This document shows, piece after piece, positions 13,423 through 26,972 of a DNA stretch of 64,000 nt (position 1 is the stretch's first letter; each line of letters begins with the position of its first letter). The DNA comes from Psilocybe cubensis. Its lineage: Eukaryota. The notes below the pieces were generated by a model, which saw only the letters and a program-made list of their open reading frames with translations, ran no database searches and was not told the DNA's origin. The DNA lies in contig CM039005.1 of assembly GCA_017499595.2 (NCBI GenBank), forward strand, positions 3,162,001 to 3,226,000, given 5' to 3'. A program made the position numbers and the translations under genes.

Positions 13423-13575
13423 AACTAGGCATTAAACCACATTCCAAACCACGTCGTGGATTCCTTCAAGTTCAGACGCATTTCACTACCTTTGCTGAGC
13501 ATTGGCTAGCGATCCTTGGCAATTCATTCCATTCCTTATACCTAGTACTTCATCAGATTCGATCTTTCGAGATAC

Positions 13576-16538
13576 ATGGCGAAGTAAGTACAACTCTTTC
13601 GCAGAGTCGGCGATGCATCATGGCTAATTCATGCAAAAAGTATTTCTGTCCGTCGTCAGTACGTAAACCGTTCCCGTGGTAGAGCTCAGATAGTCGACGG
13701 AGTACTGGTATATTCCCCCAATTCCAAGCGCTCCGTACAGATACCCATCAGATCAGCCTACCAATCCAAGGAGAATATTTTTCTACCTACACCCACGATC
13801 AAGGAGGCAACTTACCTCCACTCCAGCTCAAATGAACTCCCTTCCATTCGAGGAAGCTGCCAGCCCCATGCACATTATAACTTTTCTGGAGTCCGCATCT
13901 CCGACTACAAAACGCCCAATTGGTGGAATGAACATTGGGGATGGATTTCCTTCCTTGCTCGCCGGCCGGAATATAGAGGGTATGTTTTTGGCACATTGGG
14001 TTATGTTCCTCTCCCAAACGAGCTCGTCGCTCCCGATGAACGTACTCTCTATTTATTTCCCGATGACATACTTCAGAAATGGACCGCCTTGGAACGGGAT
14101 CTCTGTCGAGTGAGCCATCACCTTTCGATTCTCACAAATACCAGTATCCTCAAACCACCTTCGCCCTGGGCCTTTGGTTATACCAAAACTTATAAATCTC
14201 GGGATGCAGCTCGGCGTGCCTATCATCGTTCTCGTGATTGGTTTTCGATGTGGATGGGAATGATATCATATCAGATCGCAACAGTGATTGTAAAACAACA
14301 GGGCGTTGAGGGATATAACAACTTGTCTATCCCATGTTGGCAAGACGTTCTCTTGAAGAATTGTTGTGATACAGCGTGGTTGGAATCCTTCTTGGAGTCA
14401 GAAATTTTCAGATACCACGGAACACAGAGAGTTGGGTTGTTTGTCGATATCGAAGGCTCTCAGTACAGTGATATACGCAGGCAGCCTCCCGTGGAATGGT
14501 TTTCTAACTACTCGGTCCCCGTTTGGTACATTTGGAAACCAGAATACAACGCCGATAAACGATATCAGCATCTTGCACCATTGCCCCATCAGCTCCAGGA
14601 AGCCGCTGCCTCTGTGATTCCTTCAGAACCCCAACTTAGTCCTGATTTCCAGCTCCAGGAAGACATTCATGACGCAGAACCGATTGCACGTGAGGTTGTT
14701 CTCAGTGAAAATCATCCTATCGATGATAGTAGCTGGCAACTTTTCTTTACCCAGAGAGAGCAACGGAACAAGCGTACCGCTGCTACGGAGACCTCTACAG
14801 AGCGAGAGCTTCGTGAAAAAAGGGCAGAAATGCCACCTCAAAGCGCGAAAGTATTTGTGTGGGAGGAAAATGAATCCGGTGTTCTCGTGCGCGAGCCAGT
14901 AGGGCCTAAAGAACGCGCCAATGTATTGACCAGGTTTTCTGAGGAGCAGATCAGATACGATCCTTTTTCAAACGAATATGATTGTTCAGAACATTTTGGA
15001 CCCATCATCACTGGATTTTTTGAGGCTGACTACATTGAAGGTGGGGAAGAGCCAGACCTAGATGTACCTGAAAATGAACTTCAAACTGTTTCGGCAACAC
15101 TCCTTAATAGTTGTGAACCTCCATCCTCACTCACCATTTCTTCATTAGCGAGCGAAGGCGATACTGACTGGATACCAAGAAACTGCCTCCTCAAAGACCT
15201 ACTTGTCGAAGATAACGCAGCAGCTGAGATACTTGACGTCTTGAGAATTCACTTTGGTTACACCCCCCCCCTCATACTTGAATCATCCTCTGCCCCCCAT
15301 CATGTCTTAAGCGTGGCCATGCAAAGAAACTTCCTGAAGATCATAGGTATTAACGGACGTTCCTGCCCTGCTGGAGTCTTCCAAAGGCCCGCTATCGTTG
15401 CTGCCGTTGGGTTTATGCGCCGTTTGTGTCTGGCCTGCCGCGAACCAACTATCATCGCAGAAGACGAATGGGATCTCAACCCCATGCACAGGAATTCCTT
15501 AGCAACAAGCTCTAGGATATCCTGCATACAGAGAGTTCAAAAAACGTCTCATGAACGCGAACGTCCCTCTAAATCTCCACAAGGCCCCTCGCCAAAGCAC
15601 AGATCAGACGATCATTTGTACATGTTTAATTTTGGAGTTCAGGGAGCAATGGACTGGAAGCTGGCCGTAACCACGGCTGCTGACGCCGCTATTGTTTGTC
15701 GTTTGCCCGAAAATTACAACCAAGCCGAAATTGCTTTGTTTCTGCTACAAAGGGGGATCCCATTCCATACTCTCAAGCCCTGGCCTGCACATATATCCGT
15801 TGATTGTCACGATAGAAAGGCGCATCGCATAATTGACTTCCAACATGTTATTGGCATTCCTTCTCGTCCTCCGAAATATGTATTTGACACAACCGATTAT
15901 GCCCTATATGTTGAAAGAGCTTCTCAACTTTTAAGGGACACGAAGATTGGACGGGCGGCCTTGATGCAAGGAGGTTACGTCTGGAGAATTGCTGTTCCCA
16001 TTGTCAGTTTCGACGCAGTATTACAAGGCCCTGTTCTAGAACCTTCCGGGGAATACTTGCTCGTTAGAACCCAAGACGGGGATTCATATTTTGATAATGA
16101 GCTTGATGCTTGGACAATTGATACGCTCAGTGGCCTCTATCATTGCTACACAGGTAAATTTAATTCCATCAATTTTCTTTCAACCCATCTCCATTTACGG
16201 TTCCATGTTAATGAAAGCTCATATCTTTACTCTCAGGAGAAAGCGATCAGATTGCAAAGAAGTCATGGTATCCTCTGGCCAACACTCAAGAGCATTCAGG
16301 CCATGACCATGGACGGTGGACCGCGATTTCGGAGGAGATATATAACCTTTTCACATCACGCAACTCATTTGCCTATATCAGTGAAGCAATGGACAATGCC
16401 CCTCAAGTGCAGCATCAGCCCAAATCTGCTAATAAGTGGCGAGACGCTACTCGTGGGATTGGAGACCTTAGGAGGGCTAAATTACAACTAGAGCAGGCCT
16501 CCAAGGACATGATATCTAAGGTTCAGCGTGTATTCTAG
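13576..16538 (+). CDS. Large uncharacterised protein (~950 aa), 3 exons
   Basis: ATG at 13576, intron gtaagt..aag, then a frame open from ~13640 through ORF 13996-16491. Motifs VLVYSPNS, RSRDWF, RVGLFVD, LLQRGIPFHT and GRAALMQGGYVWRIA. Last exon KKSWYP...W...KWRD ends with TAG at 16538. Confidence 0.8.
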
Positions 16539-17460
16539 AATCTGTCACGGGTATGACAAGACATAGTATATAAAGTTTTCAACATATCAATTTCTTGATC
16601 ATAATGTACAAAATACTACCGCTAGAAATAGTAATTGATTTCATTAAAGCAGAAATACACATTTCGAGTTCAACATTCATGCGCACGCGTACGGTATATC
16701 TTTGGGACAGAAAATTTCTTCGACTGGACCTACTCCTTGGGGTACTTGTCTGTAGTCACCACAAACAATATCGGTCCAAGAATTCTTCACGTGTCACTCC
16801 ATATCGGCGTATATATACAAGCTCTTCGTAATCTAACAAAGCAATGGATATACAAGGAACTTCACCTTAAAGTTAGCTACTCATCAGAGCGATCGAGGCC
16901 CGCTAGCAATATACTGCTTCGAATTCGCCATGAATAAGGATGGTCATGAGAACTACCGGGCCACATGTTCTGATGGTGAACATGATAGGCGCATCTGAAG
17001 CGCATCCGTCAGATGTGTTGTCCGAGGTCTTCCACGCTAGTTTTTGACACGTTTTATGTGGCCCAGTGCCCGACGCATGCGCATCTACCTAAGGCCGCTC
17101 ATCATGTGTGCTCAAGCTCTTCTCGATAAGACTATCCGTGCAAGATTTCCCGAGCGCTAACCAAAGTTGTTTGTTTCATGTGCTGGAGCGAATTCTCTTC
17201 GATCCTCTTTCTATTTGCCAAGGCTAGTCCGGGCATAGTCATGTTTATTCGATTTTCCCAAGGATCTTCTATCTGGCTGTATATGGTCGGTTCGTTGTTT
17301 GGAAAATCTAGCAGCTCCGCCTACATGATTGTTCATATCGTGTGGAGCCATGGGGTGCTTGAACTTCCAAGTTGTTGATAAATTCAAGAAATTCTATAAT
17401 ACTAGGGTATAAGAGGCCAAAGAGACACCCGCTCTCACCCCATTCATTCATTCTAACTCG

Positions 17461-19671
17461 ATGGATACCGACGACGACGTATACTTCACTGCGGAATCAC
17501 TCGTTGACGCCATCATTTCGTTGCCAGAGACCGGTTACACTGATGCTCTCAACAACTTGTTGGAAAGCGTCCTTAGGTCTGAGCATCGTCTACGGCGCGC
17601 GCTCGCATCCTTTGAAGAACCCCAGGAGATCGACTCGCGATTGCTCGATCCTTATGCGGGCCTCATAGATATTTTTGCTGTCCCTGAAATTGTCAGGAAA
17701 GCACGCCCTCGACCATGGAACGAGGCCCTCTTTGAGGTGGCGATTGACGGCTTTGTCAAAGAGCAGTTTGCCCATAAGCACTTGTTCAGACTCCCCAGGG
17801 ATCTTCAGCGGTCTCCTGGCGTTCTCTATACAGTACCGTCTTATGATCACTTCCTACGCCAGTGGAACGTTTTTACTAACAACGCTATCTCTACCATTTC
17901 TGATTGGTCAAACATCTTGGTGGCTGGAGGCGCCGTTCTGGCCTCTCTTCAACCCATTCCGGTCACAGAACACTATGGTCATCAAGAGTTTTTACCGCCT
18001 ACCCGCAGAGTAATATCTCAGTATTTCGAAACTGCGTATAAAGAGGCCGATGTGGATATTTTCCTGTACGGCATGAACGCAGAACAGGTCAGTGTCTTTT
18101 GTTTCATTCTGGCTGCACCACTTTTCTTATTTATAAATTTATCTTTATCACTCCAGGCACAATAGAAAATTACATTCATTTGTCGAGAGATTCAGGACAA
18201 TCTCGCGAGACAGTGTGTTTTCATAAGGCGCGCTAATACCATTACCATCTGGAGTAAGTCCTGCCTTCTCTATATAATCTGACGTCAACAATTTTTAGAA
18301 TACTGTAGGACTCACTCTTTTCATTTTAGCGTCCGGCGATACTCGCCAAATTCAGATTATTCTCCGTCTGTATCGTTCACCTGCCGAAATCCTCGCTGGG
18401 TTTGATATCGATGCAGCGTGCTGTGCATTTGACGGTATGCCGGCTAACTTATACGTATCTGTGCCATTGCACATGATTTGACCTAACTCTTGCTTTTCAG
18501 GGAGCCATGTAATCTTATCTGCACGGGCCCTCGTTGCGTTGATGACCCAGAAAAACACCGTAGACATGTCAAGGAGGTCCCCGAGCTACGAGGTTAGGCT
18601 GCAAAAATATGCAACCCGAGGTTTTGAGGTGTATCTACCCTCCCTTGACAGGGAGAAGATAAATTACGCTAAGGTTTAATTTTCGAATCCTTGCTTCAAC
18701 AAGAGTCCTGTTGATCAATAAAATTAGGTTTATAATAAAACCCATGTCGTTTTTGGGAAGGGCCTCGAGCGCCTCTTAGTATACGAGTATCTTCGTTATG
18801 ATCCATTGTTCTTCCCCTACCTTCGGACGCAGAGGCGTGGAAGACGTAGGCGCCGTGCCGCGTGGTTCCGCCTCAACCTTTCCGAATTTGACTTCGTTCC
18901 TATGGGGGAGGACAGCAATTATGACCGTGTTTGGGGTCGATTGCCTAGTCATTGGGATGTGGATCAAGTCAAAGCGCACATTTTGAGGATGGTACAATAT
19001 GTTTTTCTATGATGAATTTACCGGTTCTGATATATAAGTGAATTCAACTCTTTGTGACTCAGGAACGAGCCATGAACTCTTCTTGGAAGCTTCGCAAATA
19101 TCGCCGCACAGCTCATCGCCACTTTAGTGCATTTAGCGACGACGTTCTTGACTTATTTGACAGATGCTGTATGCTTGAGGAGGTACGCCCCTTTTGTATT
19201 GATGTTATTCAGAAACTAAACCGGGTTATTATATGAATGATTACAGACTGGAGGCTGCCCGGAACCAGTTACTGAGCGCGACATACAGCTGGTAGAAGAA
19301 GAAATTAAGTCACGTACGTATATGTGGGGTCCCCTGACGTGAGTAATCCCATAATCTGTGATAAGTTGCTCAGCGCTTAGCGTTTCCTACATCGAGTAGC
19401 TTCATCACGGAGAATCCTGGACAACAACTCCTTACGGGAAGCTTCCGTCCCGTTACTGTTGATGATTGGGAGGAGGGTGCCTACGTTTCCGACGGCCAGA
19501 ATCCAAGTGTTGACGAGCGCGAGACAGACTACTCCTTTCGATGGATGAGGTATTTGAAAAACCTGGTGCAGTTCTAAACTTACAATTCGAATAAATTTCA
19601 ATTTTATGATCATGATCAACCCCGGTCGGTTCCTGTTAATTTGGCACACTTTCACCAATGATCCCAAATGA
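17461..19671 (+). CDS. Pol-beta-superfamily nucleotidyltransferase-like protein, multi-exon; possible in-frame stop at 18163-18165
   Basis: WSNILVAGGAVL...ADVDIFLYG (hGG..DxD signature), QIILRLYRSPAEILAGFDIDAACCAFDG, RRSPSYEVRLQKYATRGF, GLERLLVYE and NPGQQLLTGSFRPVTVDDWEEGAY across GT-AG exons. The 3' end is uncertain. Confidence 0.7.
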
Positions 19672-19834
19672 TCGTGTTCCGGATCCCTTGGATAGTCGCG
19701 TAGAACATTAAAAATCAATTACTTGGCTTTAAGATTGAATTCATTGCGACCGCCAATCATGATTCAAGTCAAACAATAATATTCGGCATATGTCGTAGCG
19801 CGTCAGGATAAGTGCTACCGACTACATTGCTACA

Positions 19835-20756
19835 TTAAATTGATGAATTCACCACTATATGACTAGGCCATTCGCCGTCGGCCCTTTGCGCCCTTATGCA
19901 CCGGGCAAGATACCTGTAAAATTTAACTTAGACGTCAGCCCTTCTGTGCACCTTTGATGCGTCATTAATGGACATTTTTTTGGAGATATGACTCACGTTC
20001 TTATGACCTGTTGATGTAGAATCTTCGGCCCAACTGGACGAGTGAGAAAAGGCCTGACTTTACCAAGTGAGAAGAGCAAGAGCTCTCCCCTCCACGGCGC
20101 CGATGGGAAGATTTGGAGCAAATTGGGATTGGCGATGACACGCTTGTTGTAGTACGCTACAATAAGATACCGGTAGGCGTCGCCGTCCACACTTATGATA
20201 GTCCTTTGAGGCTTGGTGCGAATTGGCATAGAGAACACACTAGTGTGTACTTCTGGGGCTTTGTTGTGATTTAATCGATCCGCGTAGGCCCTGCAGCGCC
20301 TTGTACGGCCAAGGTAATATTTCGACGCCAGCGCAAGAGGATAATGATATCCTTCAATGTCCTCGACAACCTAATAAAAGGGCTTGTGTCGTCAGCGACA
20401 GTCTATGGCACCGATTGTTTCATTACTTACGAACCGGCGGATGCCTAGACGGCGCTCGAGGCGTGAAGTGGGTGGGGTATTGGGCCAGCCCGGAGGATGG
20501 TCCGTTGGAAAGAGCTAAATAAATAACGTACGCGTTGAACCAGACGAATAGTATATAATGAGTACGTGCTGGCTCGGATACGTATACAAATAATAAAACT
20601 CACGTTATTGTGATTCATTAAATTAGACATTGGTGCATCGTAATCCTGTCGATGATCAGGAGGAGTGCCGGAATTGGTGCCATGATCCTGATTAGGAAGC
20701 CTGTCCGGAAGGCGTAGCAAGGCTGTAGAGCGTCTAGTGACTCTGGAATTCTCCAT
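19835..20756 (-). CDS. Small multi-exon hypothetical protein
   Basis: Exons MENSRVTRRS..., ...ANPNLLQIFPSAPWRGELLLFSLGK (ORF 19993-20238) and a last exon YLARCIRAQ...SSI* joined by GT-AG introns. Confidence 0.5.
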
Positions 20757-21934
20757 TGTCAATCGATCGCAAATAGACTTCTCCAGTACGGTTGAAGGAA
20801 TGGGTTGTCAACAAAAATTCCTACAGATGCCTGGTTATATATTCTTGTTTGTACAGCTGCGTGGGAGATAGATCTGAACATATCTGGGGTTCCAGTAGGT
20901 TCTGTGGATCATGGCCAAGTAGCAGTACAGTAGATGTCCGATATCTAGGCAGATAGGGTCACTCGGATTAACTGCGCATGCATGTATCTTCCTAGTGTTC
21001 TCGCATCGGGTGTGCTACTCTGGTCAACAAAACGAACCTGAGGCGTGAAGGCGTGGAGGTGCATCAAGGATCCTCATTGCTCGTGGTATCTCTCGGCAAG
21101 CAGCTGTTTATTAGGCGCGTGTATGTCTTTTCATCTTCTTCCTTTCACCTCGAAGCTCAATACAATCAAGGTGGACAGGTCCCACAATCATTTGCGAGTA
21201 TGAGAGCCAGGAACGACCAGAAATATGGATTAAAGGAGCTTTATGGCAACATGAGGCAGTCACGAAGCTGATTAATGATGCATTTGGAGGTTCCACGGAC
21301 AGGCTTAGGATTGGTTGTTTTATGTGCTTGGGAGGAACTGACCGACGCTCGCAGACCGCAACTTAGGCTAGAATTGAAGTACATTCAATTTAAAGCCATG
21401 AATATCGCTGCATTATTCACGATATATGTACAGTAAATGTCTCTGGACAGGAAAATACGAACGAATTCCAGCATAAATTTGGGATTGTATAGTCCGGAAA
21501 CACGTTTATGCCTCGTGTTCTTAGCGCTTCGACATATTGAATAATACTCGGTCGATTCAACCGATCCACAAAACCGCTGCTCGGGACTTTTGTGTGACCC
21601 GCCTATTGGAGTTGAAAATTATGGTTGCGCGCAAGGTGCATGCACATTTTCAATTCGCACCGCGGCTGCCCATGGCCATGCATGTTGATGAACTTGAACC
21701 CCATGTCTCGATCGATGATCCAATCAATCGAATCGCTTTTGGGTCCACCTGTACATGTACTGGATGGGATACACGAGAAGATACTAATTTTGCGATCATT
21801 ATGTTATCAATCTCATATCGCCAAGTAGTTGAGAACTTGCTTAACTTCTCCCCCCTACATATATACGCAGAATTTCTGAGCAAACCTTCAAAGTTTGCAA
21901 TCATTTCTATTCGTCATATCTGCTCGCCTGCTCA

Positions 21935-24122
21935 ATGGATCCAAATTCCTTCGTCACAGTTCTATACCCCCGTTTATTCAACGGGAGATCACAGATATCA
22001 AAGAACTCGACTATCTCTACGAGTTCAAAGGTCAGCAACGTTATCAAGCTCTCGCCAGATGGTTCTTTCCTTGTCATAGGAGATGAAGTTGGAATGATCG
22101 ACGTGAGTATTTGCATGGCTATAGGAACTTTTGGCATCAGCCTTATCAATGTTAACGATAATCTGCGTACAGGTCCGAATGAAGACCACAACAGGATGGT
22201 TGCATGTAAGGCTTTACCACGCAGGAGCAGCTGTACGGGCCCTTCTCTGGCACCCAACGCGTGCCAATACGTTCCTTTGTGGTTCTGCGAATGGAAATTT
22301 ATATATGATACAGTTGTTTTCCAACGGTCAGGATGGGGTAAGTACAAAAATAATATCAATATCAACGTACCCACATTCTAAATTACCACTACATATATTC
22401 TCTGCAGGGGGACATGATCTGCTATGGCGAGGTCCCTGGATTCGTGCACCAAATTTCCATGAGTGGCGATGGGAAACAGCTGGCTATCGCCTATGGCCTT
22501 GATGTCGCCTTGGTCAATAATCCTTTTGAGCGTGAGTACCAGTATAATTGATCAATGTTCATTCCTTACTAATGAACATTTTTTGTCACCGTTCCGGATC
22601 CAGAGAAAAATATTTTAGGCACATTAGTATCTCTGGCGGTTCCACGACATGCATCCACTCTCTACCTTATGGACTACCCTATTCCCAGAGGGCTGTATTT
22701 CCTTGATAATGACCACATTCTGGTGGTTTTTTTCGGTCAATGCGGAATTATGTACGTCATGTTTTACTTGCGAAAGGCTCATCCCTTGTAGATATTAATA
22801 CATAATGTATCGCCCCTTAGAGCCTTTTCCCGACATACCAATAGACCTGCCTGGAGCATACCTATATCCAGTAACTCTCTGTAAGTAACATTTCAAATCC
22901 ATATTATATGTTCTACGTCGAATTTAATGGTGCAACTTAGCGTGGCATCCTCAGCTCTTTCTCCGTCTGGAGAGCGTCTTGCCATCAAAACAGTCAATCA
23001 CACGATCGAGTGGTATTCAATCTCACATCAAAAACGTTTATCAACAACTGTTATTTCCAGACGCAATGATATTGCCAACTCATTAGTCGACATGACCTTT
23101 CTGGACGAAGACACTGTCATTGTGGGACATGACTCTGGATGCGTGATCCTGGCTTCCTACGGCATGGAGGACCCTACGGGCATCTTTAACACGGACGATT
23201 TCGAATGCAGTAAGTCAAAACACCTTCTTTTCCTTTCACATTCCTTTCTAACGATCAAATATTATCTTTTTTGGGGGGATTAAACAAATGCAGTGCCAAT
23301 ACAGGCGCTAGTACGTCTGCCCTTACATCAATCCTAACTGTCGATATAAATATACTGAGCCTTTTCATAGACTTGTGGTGTGCCCAAAGGCACTGAGCGA
23401 CCCCTCATACTTGCGGTCGCAAGGAGGATGCTTCCGGACACCCTCGACTTCGCCTACAACTCTGTCATCCATGTTGGGGAAATTGATACCCCTGCCCAAC
23501 TTCCTTATTACCAGCCCACCATGGACTCAGACAAGGATCGCTCCGGGGCAGAATCAAAGAAGTTTGAGGTATGACACCCCTAACTCAGTTTCGCTGTATT
23601 GCGCTGACTTATAATCCATTATCTACATCTATGCAGTCCCTGCTTTATTCGAATTTGCCACTTGCCACCATTGTGGGAGTAGCAGGAATGGCAATTTTCT
23701 TTGGTGTTCGTCTTTTATCCAACCCAACTGATACAGGACCGACGATTGTGACCCCATCCTTCGCTACGAACACATTGTATTCTACCGTCACTGAGACTGC
23801 ACATGTCTCTGCGCATGCAGAGAACATTACCTGGTTTGTCACACAAGTGGAGACATCTCACTTCACCGTCACAACGACCGCTCACTCAACATCGACGGAG
23901 ACAGCTTACTCGACAGAGACTGTCCAATCCACGGTGACAGAGACCATCACTTCGGAAAATAAAGTCACGGATATTTTGACGCGATTTGTTCCAGCGTCCA
24001 CAACCGCCACGTCTACTTCGACTATCACAAGTACCGCCGTTGTTCAGTGCGACACTGGTGTATCGTGTATCTGCCCTCTGTCTGGCACAATTGAAGCAGT
24101 CGCTACGCCTAGGGGTGCCTAA
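21935..24122 (+). CDS. WD40-like beta-propeller protein with a C-terminal transmembrane helix and Thr/Ser-rich tail, multi-exon
   Basis: Blade-like segments LSPDGSFLVIGDEVG, VRALLWHP..FLCGSANG, MSGDGKQLAIAYG, LSPSGERLAI and VIVGHDSGCV. TM LATIVGVAGMAIFFGV, then a Thr-rich ORF 23571-24122. Start uncertain. Confidence 0.65.
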
Positions 24123-24874
24123 TAGAACACGTTCATACTATTACTATTGGTCATCTTCAATGCATTCTTTTCACCTGATTTATGCCAAATATCATGTATG
24201 CTAATTCCATAACCTGCGTACGCTGTGCGCCATTGTAATACGCGTACGCCAGCGTGGCTTGTGCTGGACAAGTCCTGGATCAGACCAACATGTACATGAG
24301 GTTAAAATATTATTTTATTCGGATCCGGAACGATGAGGCGAGTTCTAAGATAATGTGAGAATCAACTCCAGATTACTTATGGGGTCTTTCCATCTGTGAA
24401 CAATTGAGCCGAGCACATTTTATTTGTTCGTTTCTAACATGCAAATCATCGCTCATAAGATCTAACACATGCCGCTGTAGTAGATCATGATCAAGGGCTC
24501 AGGAAAATGTGCAAAACTAGATCTTCATCATCAAACCTTTCATGGTAATCGGCGGATGAACCATCGGAACATATACAAGGGGTAGGCATTCATTCTGGAG
24601 TCCGATATTTTTTGCTTCTTATCATGACTGGTAGCTGGTAACGCTACCCCGTGGCCACCTCGAGATAAATTTCCCGTATAATGTGTACCTCTCCGGGCAC
24701 GATTCCGGGACCAATTATGCCAATTCATAGGGAAACCCCTCGTGGCATGGCAGGATAACCGACGCTTTAGATCTAGGTTTCATGACCACGCATGTACTTC
24801 ATGATCATCATCGTTTATGTACGTTGGGGATTAAAGCAACTTCAACCTTTGACATATTGTACCTTTTTGCAATC

Positions 24875-26972
24875 ATGAGCGAGTCGACAACCTCTACTAG
24901 TGCTTTCAATCGCCCAACTCAAAGAATGCGCATGGGCTACACGTTATCCATGGTAGACCATCCTGGGAGCCGTGCAGGTCAGTTCCATTCCGTAGTAGAC
25001 TATTTGAGCCAATATAACGTGATGGCGAGTCAGGGACTAGCTACACCGGTACCAGAGCTAGTGTATCCTCTCTAGCCGGGAACTTTAGAGCTGCGTTACA
25101 CTTTGGCTCTGCGGTCGAGACAGAGGGATCATTTAAATCGGCGAGGTCTTATATTTCATCACGAAGCCCCGTTATCAGCTCTCCAAGTTTCCCTTATTGT
25201 GAACAGACTGGTGCTGCAAGACATGGCCGTGCGGAGGATATGATATTGTCTGCAATTCCAAGGCATGTGCCACAGCTTCAAGTTGGACAGATTCACCCAC
25301 AAGATCGATCGGTGCACTCGGACAACAGAAATCATGATCATTTCTCAACAAACTTGGATGTTACACAAGGCCTTCTATTGGAGCGAAGCTCTGCAGAACA
25401 TCAGGATACCAAGTACCGGGAAGCACAAAATCGCCACCGCCCCCGCAGGGGAAGAAGATCTATCCCATATCATCGACCTCGGAATGCCGATCCCTATGAA
25501 GGTGATACCGAAGGACCTGCCACATCCATACGCTATGGTGGCGGTAACTTTCAAAGCAATGCTATTCAGCAAGGGTTTTCCCAACCCGGCGACGTTGAAG
25601 CCTTGCCTGTACATGGAACGTCAGAAAGTATCTTACGGTCGAACCCAGTTTGTTGGATATTCTTGTTTTCCCTTGAACTGTATTTGCTAAAATTCTAATT
25701 TTAGGAGCCGGACAATCGAGTACATTCTATGCTTGCAGGAATCCAAGAGCATTTAGACCGCGTCAATCAACGACTAGATGTCGTCACATCAATGATGACC
25801 ACAGTCCATGCTGCTGGACTCTCTTCGACTGCTGCCAACTCCAGTCAGGCCCATCCCACCCCAGGAAATTCTTCTTCAAGCCCTACTAATAAGAGGTCTA
25901 GACGACGTTCCTCATCGAGGTTGGAATTCATGGTGGGTATATATATATACTTGCCCTAAGAGGTATTGAACCCATAGTTCCCAAGGCATCTGTTCGCGAG
26001 CTTATTGATCTCAAACTTGGCGGCCCCAAAATGTTCGATCCCAGGCGGATGGTCTCTGCAGATGAACTTGAAGACTACTTGATAAAGTGGGACGAGGGAG
26101 ATAATGACTACCAGCGTGTTCCGTGCTGCGATATCAATAACTTCAGGATCGCTTTCAATTGCACTCCAAACAGCCCGTGGAATAAGTCTGCTTCTTGGGT
26201 TTTCGCAAAATATTTCATGACAACGGTCATTTCTCCATCTTACACAATTCACGATATACAGAAGTACTTCATCGTTCGCTGCGCATCACTCCTAAAGGCA
26301 TACAATCGACACCTACAGTCTCCTCAAGCTGCTGCGGCATTGGCTAAGCAAATGCGCCATACTGCAAGGAAGAACCAGGTAGTTTTCTCATAGTTATGTT
26401 ATTATAAATGCTCATTCTTCTCTTCTTTGTACACATAGAAATACTCTAACCGACTGGAGACCTGCAAGAGTCATCCATATCTGAGGCATCATGTCGGTAT
26501 GGTTGAGCAACTCGGGCCAGGTGGGATGTCTAGCGATGAGTCCGATTATGAGCCCACACCAGCTACCGCTCATCTCATTCCTCCAAACATTAAAGAGGTT
26601 TATCATCTTGTTACGCTGAGGCCAGTCTGGAGAGCTCCAGAGGTTTCGCGTTGGCTCAGTAACATCGACTCCTTCAGGATAATTCTTCGTTCAAGAAGCC
26701 CCGACACCCGCGGCAATTATCCTTATGTTAGATTTCGCCATGACATGATTGTGGGAGAAAGTAAACCAGTGAAGGGATTGCCGGTGAATACTTACGATTT
26801 GGGATGGATAGCGACAAGGGTGTCAGCCGAATACGACGCTGGATTCACAAATGAAGCGTATGTCTTTGTCCACGATCCAAGGCTCCTTGAGTAAGTGTAC
26901 CCTTTTTCACGTTATGATCTTGAAATTTAGTCAACGTCATTCATGATCAATTTATCTAGATATTTCAACTGA
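24875..26972 (+). CDS. Multi-exon hypothetical protein with LGxxGMSSDES...WR..V..WL..ID motif (candidate transposon accessory ORF)
   Basis: ORFs 24782-25075, 25240-25698, 25729-25959, 26031-26393 and 26499-26894 in one orientation with short introns. Motif QLGPGGMSSDESD...PVWRAPEVSRWLSNID...GLPVNTYD. Confidence 0.65.
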
